A stretch of DNA of 64,000 nucleotides. It comes from Octopus sinensis (lineage: Eukaryota). The stretch spans positions 103,974,001 to 104,038,000 of the forward strand of contig NC_043000.1 of NCBI RefSeq assembly GCF_006345805.1. Direction: 5' to 3'. The notes under the pieces were generated by a model. That model was not told the DNA's origin. It saw only the letters and a program-made list of their open reading frames with translations, and ran no database searches. Shown in pieces: positions 51,066-62,634 of this stretch (the stretch's first letter is position 1; each line of letters starts with the position of its first letter). The position numbers and the translations under genes are program-made.

Positions 51066-53554
51066 TAGATAGATAGATAGATAGATATAGATATACTAGC
51101 TGAAATACCCAGTAATTCCCATGAAAGCAGGGCTTATATCTTGGTTCCATTCTCATAATTGTTTCACTAATCCAATAACAAGAATACAAAGTATGTAGCC
51201 CTTAAAACGGTTTTTGTGCATTTACAGAGAATACCAAACTATCTTACACAGGATTTTGTTTTTAAGAATTCACAATAAGTTATGAATACTCAAATTGTGA
51301 AGTCAGTTATGTAATAACGTGAAATTATTGACCCGATAGTAAGAATTCAAATAAAGTAGCCCCAAAAATGGCTTTAATGCATTCCCAGAGTACATAGAAC
51401 TTGGAAGGAAATACTAATAAGGTATCTATACTAAAATCTTGAAGCATGTTACATAATAACAGGCTAATCAGATATGAGATAATAACAATCCACAACAAAT
51501 AACTCTGAAAAGGGCTTTTGTGCATTCCCAGAGAATATTACCCTCAGGGGTGCTAGTGCTGGTATATTCATGAATAAGTCACTAACTGAAATCAGTGGAT
51601 CTTATAAGGTCAGAGAATGAAGACTGATGTCTGTCACCCACCTGTTAAAGCAGTAATTAATGTAAGTAGTCAATATCTAGAAAGCTCTGAAGAAGCAGTA
51701 CTAAACAAAGGTCTCAACTTTGTGACAACCATCAAGTGCATTCCATACTTTGACATAATAGCCCCCATTGAAGAGATATTGTAAAGATACCAAAAGCTCA
51801 GGGAGATGAACTAAGGTGGAAAGTTAGACAGGTACTAGAAAAGGCGAAACTTACCAAACCAAGCATCACTCAGGAAGAAAAGTTCGCTATGAAAAGACTA
51901 CAGAGTGACAATTCCATCATGATACTTCCAGCAGACAAGGGAAATGCTACAGTGATGATGAACAAGTCTGACTACTCGGAAAAATTGGCAAGTCTTATAA
52001 GTGATAGTAGCTACAGCAAAGTAAAGAAAGACCCAACTCTGAAAACAGAGAGGAAGTTGTCACAGATCTTGATCAAGAACAAGGATCACTTTACACCAAT
52101 AAAGTACAGACAACTGACTCAGCACTACAGTAAACTACCACACATGTATGGTCTCCCTAAGATTCACAATGATGGTATTTCATTAAGACCTATAGTGAGC
52201 TGTAGCAGTTCAGCATGTCATCCACTGAGCCGCTTCCTTGTGGATATAATCACTCCATTAGCAGGAAAGTCAACATTGTTCGTGAAAAATTCCACCCACT
52301 TCACAGGATTGATCAAGGATACCCCCACATTGAATCCAGCCAGATGGGGGAGTCTAGATGTGATAAGTCTGTTCACCAAAGTCCCAACTGGTGATTCAAG
52401 AGAAACTAGTGACAGACACCCACCTAAAAGAACGCGCTAGTATGCCAAGAAGAAACTTGATGGAAATGTTGACCTTCTGTGTAGAAACTACCTACTTCAG
52501 TATGGACACTGATATATATTGACAAGAAGAGGGTTTAGCTATGGGTTCACCATTATCACTGATAATAGCCAATATATGCATGGAATACTTTGAGAATTTG
52601 GCTTTAGGATCAACACCACTGAAACCGACCCAAATGGCTGTGATATGAAGGTGTTACCTTCATACTCTGGCCTCACCAGGAAGATGTCCAAGTGCTATTA
52701 GATCATGTGAACTCAATAATTCCATCCATACAGTTCACAATGGAAAAGAAAAAGACAATCAGCTAGCATTCCTGGATGTATTGATAACACGCACCAAGTA
52801 TGGATTAAGGACATCCGTATACCGCAAGCTGACCTTCACTGGACGATACCTCAACTTCAGTTCCCACCATCCATACAGTGTAAAGAGAGGGATTGCTCAA
52901 TGCCTAAAACATCGAGCAAAGAATATAAGTAGTGATCATGATACCTACCATGAGGAAATGATCAATCTATTAAGCAACATCTACCCCCAAAACATATTAT
53001 CCACTCCAATTATGAATAAAAGAGAGGATGAAACCAATAAACTGTCCACAGTCTGTTTACCCTATGTGAAAGGCCTCTCCAAAATGATATGCATCCCATA
53101 TGACATCAGGACAGTATTCAAGAGTAATACAACACTTCGCAAATATCTCCTTTGAGTAAAACCACCAATAGAAGAAAATATGACCAAAAACTGTGTGTAC
53201 TCCATCCCATGCAGCTGTGGTAGGTTATATAAAGGTGAAATATGCTGACCCCACAAAATAAGGGTAGAGGAACATCGCAAAGCTGTGACACGTGGAGATA
53301 TTGATAAATTGGGTATAGCTGATGATGTAAGGAAAAATGGAGACCACCCCTCCCTGTGGGATGAAGTTAAGATAATAGACCGAGAACACCACTGGAAAAT
53401 ACAGAAATCAAAAGAAGCAGCACATATGCTAGGACAAAACAACCTCCTAAACAGACCAAGTGCAGATATGAATAGCATGTGGGAAACAATATTAAGGAAG
53501 GATAGGAAAATATTAGATTTATAAGCCCTAAAACTCGCTTCATAATTGCCTTCA

Positions 53555-53622
53555 GGCTTATGGTTTAGTGGTTAAGAGCGTGGGCTACTAACCCCAAGAT
53601 TCCGATTTCAATTCCAGGCAGC
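53555..53622 (+). pseudogene. tRNA-derived (pseudo-tRNA) segment inside the Penelope 3' region
   Basis: A box TGGTTTAGTGG (53561-53571), an imperfect anticodon arm GGG-CTACTAA-CCC and a degenerate B box GATTTCAATTCC. The acceptor stem is not intact. Confidence 0.5.
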
Positions 53623-53679
53623 AATAACAACATCGAAAAATACCTTAGGAATGAGAACCCAGGTTTGAAATTTCCCCAA

Positions 53680-53725
53680 GACACCTGATGAGGGCTGGAG
53701 GGTGTATCAGCCGAAATGTTGTGTT
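53680..53725 (+). ncRNA. Minimal type-I hammerhead ribozyme motif associated with the Penelope-like element
   Basis: Stem I GACAC/GTGTT; core CTGATGA (53685-53691); one extra G; stem II GGCTG/CAGCC; GAAA (53713-53716); minimal stem III ATGT; predicted cleavage after 53720. Confidence 0.7.
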
Positions 53726-54202
53726 AACAACAAACAAGATGAGGACAAATATCCATCAAATGTAAATAAGTGATCTATTGTTTAGGAAAATACTATTTAC
53801 TTGTTTAAGGGTTGTACTGGATAAATTGCAAAAATAACTCTAACAGTTCAAATACTAAGAAATAAGCATTCTCAATTTCATTTTTACCAAATAATTTAGG
53901 AAAATAAATGGGTTATTTCCCTTGGCTATATATAATGATCCCTTCCAGGGGCAAATGGGTTATTTCCCTTGGTTTGTAAAATAAAATATATTAGATATGT
54001 ATAAGGATCCCTTCCAGGGACCTTATTATCGATTTTTTTTACAACAATATGAGTATGCCATGAGGTTTCCAGACATGAGTTCTAGTCACTTGTCAAGCTT
54101 CATCAAAATCAATAAAACAATGTCAGAGGAGTTAGCTAACAACTCCACAAGCACACCCACAGACAGAATTTCCCACATATGTAGTATATATATATATGTA
54201 TG

Positions 54203-54253
<51 letters not shown>

Positions 54254-54756
54254 TATATCTGTTTTAGGTTGTTTATTATTGACTATAGCATTGCTTGTAA
54301 AACTCCACCTAGTTTTAAAATACAACCAGCTAGCAACAGCTTTGTAAACTAATAGAATCTTCCTTCTTTCTGTCTTCACTTTCTTTTACTCTCCCCGTCA
54401 CTCCCACTGATAACGTAGATGCATGTTATCTACACACATATACATGTCATAATCTGCAACAGCTGCACTTTTAACGAAACAAAAAACCTGTTATTCAACA
54501 ATAATTAGTGTAACAATAATTTGATGTAAAATATAAGGCCTTGCTTTTTACTCAAGGATATTATGTGCTATTATTAGAAACCATAAAGTGAAGGTAAATA
54601 GTAACAAACTGAATTGAAAACTGGGTTTCTATATTTTGCTAGACATTATTTTATCACAATATGATGATAAACGAAAATTTTTTTGCCAAAATATCTGTTA
54701 CACTTGGCACCTTCTTACACTTTCTGTTCCATTTTTTGTTCAGGTTTACAGATTTC

Positions 54757-54791
<35 letters not shown>

Positions 54792-55394
54792 TACTACTAC
54801 TTCTCTTTTATTAGTTTCAGTCATTAGACTATAGACATGTTGGGATACCACCTCGGATGGTTTCAGTTAACTACATCAACCCCGTATTCAATGTAATTCT
54901 CATTTTTTTTTTATCTCTAGTTAACAAAAAGTGGAGTTTACCTTTTAATTACAGTAAACTCAGTCATTTATTCAAGTTCTTCCTCTTTTGAATATATCAC
55001 AACAAATATACACAGGTACTCCCAAAACATACATGTTATCATCATCTCCCTTTATCCATACTTGCATGTGAAGCAGATTTTCTATGGCCAGATGTCTTTC
55101 CAGTCACCAACCCTCACATGTTTTCAAACAAAGTACAATTTCCTCATGGCTAGGCATGTTTTCTTTTATTAATATTTACATCTATACTGTTTTCATCAAT
55201 GTAATCTCCAGTAATCAAATACCAGACCAAATTTCCCTTTGGCCTATCATAAAGGCTGCATGGTATAAAATTCTAAACTTTTATTTTTATTTTATGACTA
55301 TTGCAGTCTTCAAGGTGTTTTGCATTATATATGAAATATATTATATACGTAATAATGAAATAATATATTAAATACTTTATTGTGTTTTGTTATG

Positions 55395-55470
55395 CACATG
55401 ATATCTTGGTCCTTGGAAAAATTGTATTGCAGAAACCATTCCATGGTGCAGAAAAGATTGGGAACCACTG
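55395..55470. mobile_element. Terminal fragment of a hAT-type MITE
   Basis: CCATGGTGCAGAAAAGATTGGGAACCACTG resembles the common hAT MITE end (CCCTGGTGCCAAAAAGGTTGGGGACCACTG). No partner TIR found. Confidence 0.4.
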
Positions 55471-56456
55471 AACTAAAGCATTACAAAATTTTGATTTTAA
55501 AATGAAGGTTCTTAAACTCTATGACATAAAATATCTTTGCTAGAGATCAGTTCATTACCAATAAAAACATTTAAATGATTAAACCACTTTTTAGATTAAC
55601 TACCAGCGTTAGATATTTGCTTCAAGTTCTGTCAGTGAGAATGTTGTTCTTTTGGTCTTTAATCAGTGCTTATGATATCTAATATCATTATTTAAACTAC
55701 TTTTGTTGATAGCGTAGCAGTTTTTCACTTAGTTGAGATAGTTCTGTAAAGATTTGTAATATATTACTAAGGAGAAAGTCTCTACATGCTTGATCAGTTT
55801 TAAATCACATATTAGTATCTGAGCTGTTGCATAAAAATTCAATTCTTATTGTGAGATGGATAATATAAAGAGACTCCAAAGCTCATGTTGTTACATTTAT
55901 TAATATGGTAACTTGTACATATGGGTGCATTTCTTGTGATTGAAGTCTACCACCAAGATTCAATTCTTACTTGTAACCATTTCACTCTGTAAGTCAGTCA
56001 TGAAAGAAGGAGAGTAATGTACTTGAGATTGTTGCAGGTCTTTCTAGATTGGTGTAATGCAGCTGATGGCCAGCATGAATATTTGTAAGTTAATATTTAC
56101 AAGAAAAATGTAAGGAGTGACCAGAGAATCTGATTTAAGTGCTTGAAACTGAGTGAACTCTGCTAAAGTGGCCAAAATTCCATCTGGTGATGGTAGTAAA
56201 CCAGGGGGCATGTTAGGTCACCCACAAAACTAAAGGTACCCAAAGTTGGTGGTGTTATGTTGTTGGGTCCTCTACCCATGAATAATGTTCATGAAAAGAC
56301 AATGAAATTAATTTTAGCAACATTGATGGCACTTAGATAGAACTAGATGTGAAGATGAAAAGCCCCCAACCAATCAGATCAGGAGTGGTGAACACATGAA
56401 TCACTCAAGCTGCTAGAAATAGCAGTTTAACATAATAGCAATGATAAATCTATATA

Positions 56457-56490
<34 letters not shown>

Positions 56491-57231
56491 CATACACACA
56501 CACAGAGATTAATTTCCCTCATAACTATTATTTAACCTCATGTGCACATGCTCATATACAAATAACAGCATGCATGATTGCCAAGTGACCCTATTTTAGA
56601 AATGTGACTTCTCTCCATTGGCATGAGGGTACAAATAGGATGAGATAACAACACCTTCTCCTCTCCTCTGTCCCTCCAAATACAAGGTCATAAACTACTA
56701 ACCTTTACTCTCTTATTATTGTTGTTTCTTCTGCTTTTGTCATCATTTTTTATATTATTAAGAATTTCTTTTGTGTATTTGTTTATCTAACAATTCTGCA
56801 GTTAGATATATATAATGGATTGTATTGTTCCAGTTTGCTTCCAATAAAGCTAAGTGGAATTGTGACTGACATAGCAGGGTGGTGGGAGCTGTTGTTTAGC
56901 ACCAGGTTAGAAGTGATCCGGGAAGACTAATGCATTCCAGTTTGAACCAACCCTAACCCCTTCCCCAACTTTTTTTTCCATATAGTATGGACAGTTTTAT
57001 ATAAATATGTCCTTCCATTTTAAAAACAGTAGTATTGATATGAGCGAGTTGCAGCTACTGTTTCTAAAAGGTTGAATGATTACAAAGTGATCTTTCTCAT
57101 TGCTTCAAGTATGAAATGGGTTCTTTGAGATCAGAATGTCATGGAAACGGTTCAGATAAAATTTGGATAAGGTTGATGTAAGCATCATTACTATCTGTCC
57201 ATAAATATGTTCCTATCTTTTAAAATATCAT

Positions 57232-57281
57232 CCATGAATAAAAGCTACTTTATTTATGAATAAAAGCTATTTTATTCATGG
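57232..57281. repeat. 50-bp quasi-palindrome built from two tandem near-palindromic units
   Basis: CCATGAATAAAAGCTACTTTATTTATGAATAAAAGCTATTTTATTCATGG. Confidence 0.75.
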
Positions 57282-60200
57282 ACTAACTCTATCATTCTAC
57301 ATAGTATTTTATATATCAATCCTGAAAGGAATACAGGCAATGTTGACTTCAATGGGATTTTGAAATTATGGTACAGCAAACCAGAACAAATACCTTCGAG
57401 ACAGTCTATTTGATGCACTAATGGCTGCCAATTTACTACTTTCCATACTTAATGTAGTAAGAGATAAAAAAAAATCTAAAGTAATAATATTTAAGTTGTG
57501 AGAATGAATTTGGCCTTGACATGTTTTAGTCATATTAGATTCCTCTCATCAAAACATAGAAAGACAATATAAGTAAGTGGATTGTTTAGGGATAAATACT
57601 GTGGTTAGATTCATGTAAGACTACAGTACATCCAAAAGATTTTGGTTATGGTTTGTTTCAGACTGTTGATACCTTTTGCATGAAAAAAAGGGGGAAAAAA
57701 AGAAAGCTTGATTCAAATATGACTTCAGTTAAATGGGATCACAGGAATAATCAATACTATGAAATTCATTCATTTGTCAAATCTTAGTTCAAGAACATTA
57801 TGTATGACATCTTGAGCAAGTCTTCTACCATAACTTCAAGTATATTGGCAGAAACTGTGCAGAAGCCTATCAGATGTGTGTGCATTGTGTACATACACAC
57901 ACACTCTCTCTCTCTCTCTCTCTTTCTCTCACGTTTGTAGTGGGTGTTTTGACATGTTGGCAAAATTAGTGCTTTTAGTCTTACTTCAATAAAATTAATA
58001 CCAGACAAACTAAAGAGGATAATATATTCAACCAAAATCATTAAACACAATGCTCCAGTATGGCCACTGTTCAGTTACTGAACCTAATAAAGCACTAAAG
58101 AAACCCCAATTTTCTATTTGGTTATCGTTTAGAGCTTCAGAAAATGACAACTTGGTGTATGATGCAATCTGAAATATATTCCTGTCACATGCTCTCGTCT
58201 CAAGTACCATCATGTCAGTTTTAATGTGTCAATTTAGTCTTCCTGGTATTTTACTTAGTTTGCATTTCAAAGACTCTTCTTTTTATTTGATCAGCTCTGC
58301 TCACATCTCCTTTAGTCAAAAGCCTAGACGTTCGCTCATAATATTTTTGTATTACATATAAACTAACAACAACAACCCAGTAGTTGTTGCTATGTAGCCT
58401 GAGTTGGCCCTTATCAAGTAGTTCTATAATCAAAGATACTTTAGCCATGATTATCCAGTCTTTTTTTTTATATATATAACTTTTTTATGAGCATTGCATT
58501 ACATTATTCGTTATCTTCCTTTTTTTAAGAAGGTAGAGTAAATTTTGAGAAAATTGGCTGCTATTTCCAGTAGGTAAAGTGACTGCATAAAGGATCTCTC
58601 AATTGGCTCATATTCTAATAACAGTTAGTGACTGTCCTCAAATCATATATTGTATCAAGTATGTCCTTTAACTTAGTGAAATTTGGTTCACTTGTAGATA
58701 TTGCAGATATCTTGATGTCAGATGCCATTGTCAAAATCTTACTATCATCAATGATATAACAAGCTGAATGAAATAACTAGCAGTATTTAGTTACAGTGAT
58801 TTACATTCTGAGTTAAAATTTCACTGGAGTTGGCTTTCCAGATCAAATAAAATACCAATCTATTATTTGGATTGATATAATCCACTTTCCTTCTCTCCAA
58901 ATTTTTATGACCTAGTGATTATGTAAGAAATCAATATTGTTTTTGGCATTAGGAAGGGCATCCAGCTATAGAAACCATGCCAAAGCTGACTGTGAAGCTT
59001 GGCACAGTCCTTTGGTTCACTACCTCCTGCTGACTCATCCAACCTTTGCCAGCATAGAAAACAAATATTAAATGGTGGCAGTGCTGGGGTAGGACAAGGA
59101 GGCATGGCAGAATTGGTAGAGTGGTGGAAAAAAATGCCATAAAGTATTTAGTTATGATCTTAGTTCAAATCCTACTGTAGCCAATTTTGTTTTTCTTAAG
59201 GTTGATAAAATAAATATCAGTCAAGCAGTGTGTCTATTTTTATTAACTGTAGGCTTACCTCAGAATGTGGTGTTTTGTTTCTATGTTAAAAATCATTCAT
59301 ATTATTAATTAGATTAGGGCACTGAGTTATGCTAAATACCTTAGAATCTTAGAATAATATTTACTTTTGTTCTACTTTCTGAATTTATATACTGATGGAG
59401 GCAATTGACCTCTTTTTATTTATTTATTTGTTTATTTTTTGCTAGAAAATTAAGATGTTTAACCCTAGATCAGTCCTAATTAAACTGACCTATAATCAAA
59501 AATATTTCAGTCTTGATCATACCAGTTTGTTTTTGGTTGGGGAGTTCCATCATCCAATGTATTCTTCCAGTTATAAAATTGTAGAGTTTGGTTTGAGAGA
59601 GATTTGGTTGCTGTTTCTAAAAGATTAACCTACTACATTGAGACTCTCTTGTTAGCTTGATGAAGACTTTGCTTTCAAGAGGTGTCAACAACCGAAATAG
59701 AATTTATACACATGAGTTTAAAAAAAAAAATCTGTTTTTATACAGGCAATCAGAGAAAGTGCTAGCATATTCTGCTATTATAATTGACATTCTTAAAACT
59801 AAGAAAGCAATAGTTGTATTTTATCAAGTTCTGGTATCTAGATTATCTTATTGGCTAATATTGTTGTTAGTACGTTACCTTTATTTTTTTGTTTTGGAAT
59901 TCCTGTTATCTAAATATGTTTCTATCTCACCTCATAAATACTCAGTCCATTGTTTTGAGTTCATCATGTTGTATGTATCTATAAATAAATACATATTGAT
60001 ATATTGATTCTTCTTTCTAATTTGTTGAGTTGCACTGCATTATTTGAATTACCAAATTTCTAAGAAGTACAAACATATGTGTATATATATATATGTTTAA
60101 TCATCATCATTTAACGTCCGCTTTCCATGCTGGGATGGGTTGGAGAATAACTAGTTTATCAAATCCCTTGTATATCTAAGGCTGAGAGAACAGAGGGCAG

Positions 60201-60551
60201 TATCTGTTAGGGGTAGGGAAACTAGTTTTTAAATTAAAACTGATCCCATAAAAACAAAAACAAATCAGTGACAGGCAGAGTCTGTAACAATGTACATCTT
60301 CTTGGAAAATTCAGTAACTTCTAAACTGGAGTGAGACAGCAAGTTCTTTGTCTATCTCCTTAACTTCTTAGAGATTTTAGGTATAATTATACTTGTGTAT
60401 GCATCTGTTCTGATTTAATTAAATTCTATGTCTTTGTGCAGCTGAAGATTGTCTGCATTTTAAATTGATGTAATGATTGCATTGTTTAATTAAATGGGGT
60501 TGCATGAAACGATCATACTGCATTACCTCTGGATATCCGTGTTGCTTATTT

Positions 60552-60603
<52 letters not shown>

Positions 60604-60609
60604 GTGTAT

Positions 60610-60640
<31 letters not shown>

Positions 60641-62400
60641 ACATGGCAGCCATGTCTTTTAAGAAAAGTCATCCACTGTAAGTATATGTTCATATTATAT
60701 ACCAGCCAGCTACTTAGCTGTTGTTTGGTTTGTAGGGAATATAAAAGAAACCAAGTAATGAAAATGGAGACTAACAGCTAAAATAGTATATCCTTTTACA
60801 GTCACAGAATGGGGGAAAATATATTCTTCACCAGTTGACGATTTAATTTAGCTGTAGCAAATTTGATTGAACACAATTATACAATATTACATATAATTTG
60901 AGGTTCAGCTTCAATATCAAGAATAAGTGCTCAAAAAAGGGAAATGTTACTCACTACATGAATGAACATAGTGTTTCACAAGTCTTTCATAAATTTTATA
61001 CATATAAAGTAGCAGAAACAGTGAAGTAATCTTGCAATGGGGAGTGGAGTTCCCGATATTTCCGGTAATTTCATACAGAATCCTTCTTCAGAATTGAAAT
61101 GACAAAGAAAACAGGAAAGACATAAGTGTTTTTACATCCTCATACATAGAGAATGTAAAAGTTTTCTGTCTTTCTTTTCTTCCTCTGTCATTTCAACCTT
61201 GAAGAATGACTCTCTCCAAAATATTGGAAGCTCTACTGCCCACGGCAATATTAATTCATTCTGTCACTTTTTTAAACAATACAAGTCTTTCTAATACAAA
61301 CCACTACCAGTTTCCTTGGATTCTATCATGTGTGTGCATGCATGTCTATGTGTATAAGGATGTATGTAAGTATGTGTTGCAGTGGAGTATGCATCTAAAA
61401 TGTTCCTATAATTTTATACTCCTGGCTTCTCATGTGTTCTCAATGAATAACTTTAACTATAAAGTAAAGTGATACAGTTGTTCAAGAATTCTGCACTGAA
61501 TCAAAATTGCAGCTTCAAATAGTGATGTGTTTAGGAAATAGTGTATTGTGAGTTCAGGTGTTCTCTACTTATTTGAGTGATAAAACTATTGAGCTGGCTG
61601 CTATCCTGCATGAGTGATTGATACAAAAAATTATGTCTTAGTTGATATATCGTTGTTGTCTCCTATTTTTGTTGCTGTGTCTGCTGGGATTATGATTGTT
61701 GGTATCGTGGCATACTTTTACATTGAGGAAACCAACAAACCAATAGGCCTTGTTATATAACCTGCGCACTAAAGTCTAATTGGTATAGAATGTGCTGACA
61801 CAGAGCCAGTACTGATTCTGTTGTTTCTATGGAAGCTGCTGCTGCTGCTAATGAAGTAGGTGCACCAGTTGATTTGTTGAGAAAACTTGACATGGGCTGA
61901 TGCTGGCATGAGTTGGTCTGAGTAGACAACATAAATCTGTGGATTTAAGTTTACATCACTGGCACACCATGAAACATTTAATGCAACTTCATAAATAAAT
62001 TTTACTTTTACTTTTCAATTTCTCATTAGCTCTTATGTTTTCAAATGAATAAAGGAATAATTAATGAATATAAGATTTAATTCCACTATTCCCCTACTAC
62101 AAAATAACAACAAAAACAACTGTAAAATAAGAAATATAACTTGTGTATTTCTCCTGGCTCTCTGCTTTGTAAGTTCAAATTCTGTTGAGGTCAACTGTGC
62201 CTTCTGTCCTTTCAGGTTCAATAAATAAATTACCAGTCCAGGATAGTGAGTTGGTGGAATTGTTAAGACATTGGATGGATACTTTCTGTGCATTCTGAGT
62301 TCAAACTCCAGCTAGACGACCATTATAGTGAAGTAGCCTCTTCTGGGTCGGCTAGGAAACCCCCAAAAAGCATCAGACTCAAAAGAGTTTACATTCTTAT

Positions 62401-62634
62401 TTCTTTATTTGCCCACAAGGAGCTAAACATAGAGGGGACAAACAAGGACAGACAAAAGGATTGAGTCAATTACATCGACCCCAGTGCATAACTGGTACTT
62501 AATTTATCGACCCCGAAAGGATGAAAGGCAAAGTCAACCTAGGTGGAATTTGAACTCAGAACATAACAGCAGACGAAATACCACTAAGCATTTTGCCCGG
62601 TATGCTAATGTTTCTGCCAGCAGTGAGCTGGCAG
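62401..62634 (-). mobile_element. tRNA-derived SINE with a perfect 20-bp TSD and a short inverted 5' head
   Basis: AAAAGAGTTTACATTCTTAT flanks it at 62381-62400 and 62635-62654. The head contains TTCTGCCAGC-AGTGA-GCTGGCAGAA. Same-family copies at about 62050-62330 and 62705-62910 have the same orientation. Confidence 0.85.

Larger units (their letters stand above)
51625..53769 (+). mobile_element. Penelope-like element (RT + GIY-YIG endonuclease), near-full ORF but frameshifted, with 3' pseudo-LTR
   Basis: Motifs VINVSS..L...E..VLNKGLNF, ILPADKGNATV, MYGLPKIH...LRPIVS, LDVISLFTKVP, GLAMGSPLS and YRKLTFTGRYLNFSSHHP, then the GIY-YIG region CVYSIPCSCGRLYKGE...RVEEH. The stop is at 53524. Confidence 0.92.

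Noticed and set aside
53555-53622. Functional tRNA gene (and the tRNA-like SINE heads throughout)
   Set aside because: Broken acceptor and anticodon stems and a degenerate B box; all are embedded in repeats.
53906-54019. Spaced short direct repeats (AAATGGGTTATTTCCCTTGG x2 and GATCCCTTCCAGGG x2); likewise 22352-22406 and 27858-27903
   Set aside because: These are two-copy local duplications with no repeat-spacer array and no cas genes in a eukaryotic context; not CRISPR.
56038-56084. 47-nt CAG|...|GTAAGT exon-like segment on the + strand
   Set aside because: It has an immediate in-frame TAG when joined to exon 1 in phase 2, and a weak acceptor tract.
57400-57500. DALMAANLLLSIL, superficially like the family motif DEMMAAMVLTSL expected in the next exon
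   Set aside because: Low identity, no pyrimidine-tract acceptor, no downstream conserved residues and an early stop.
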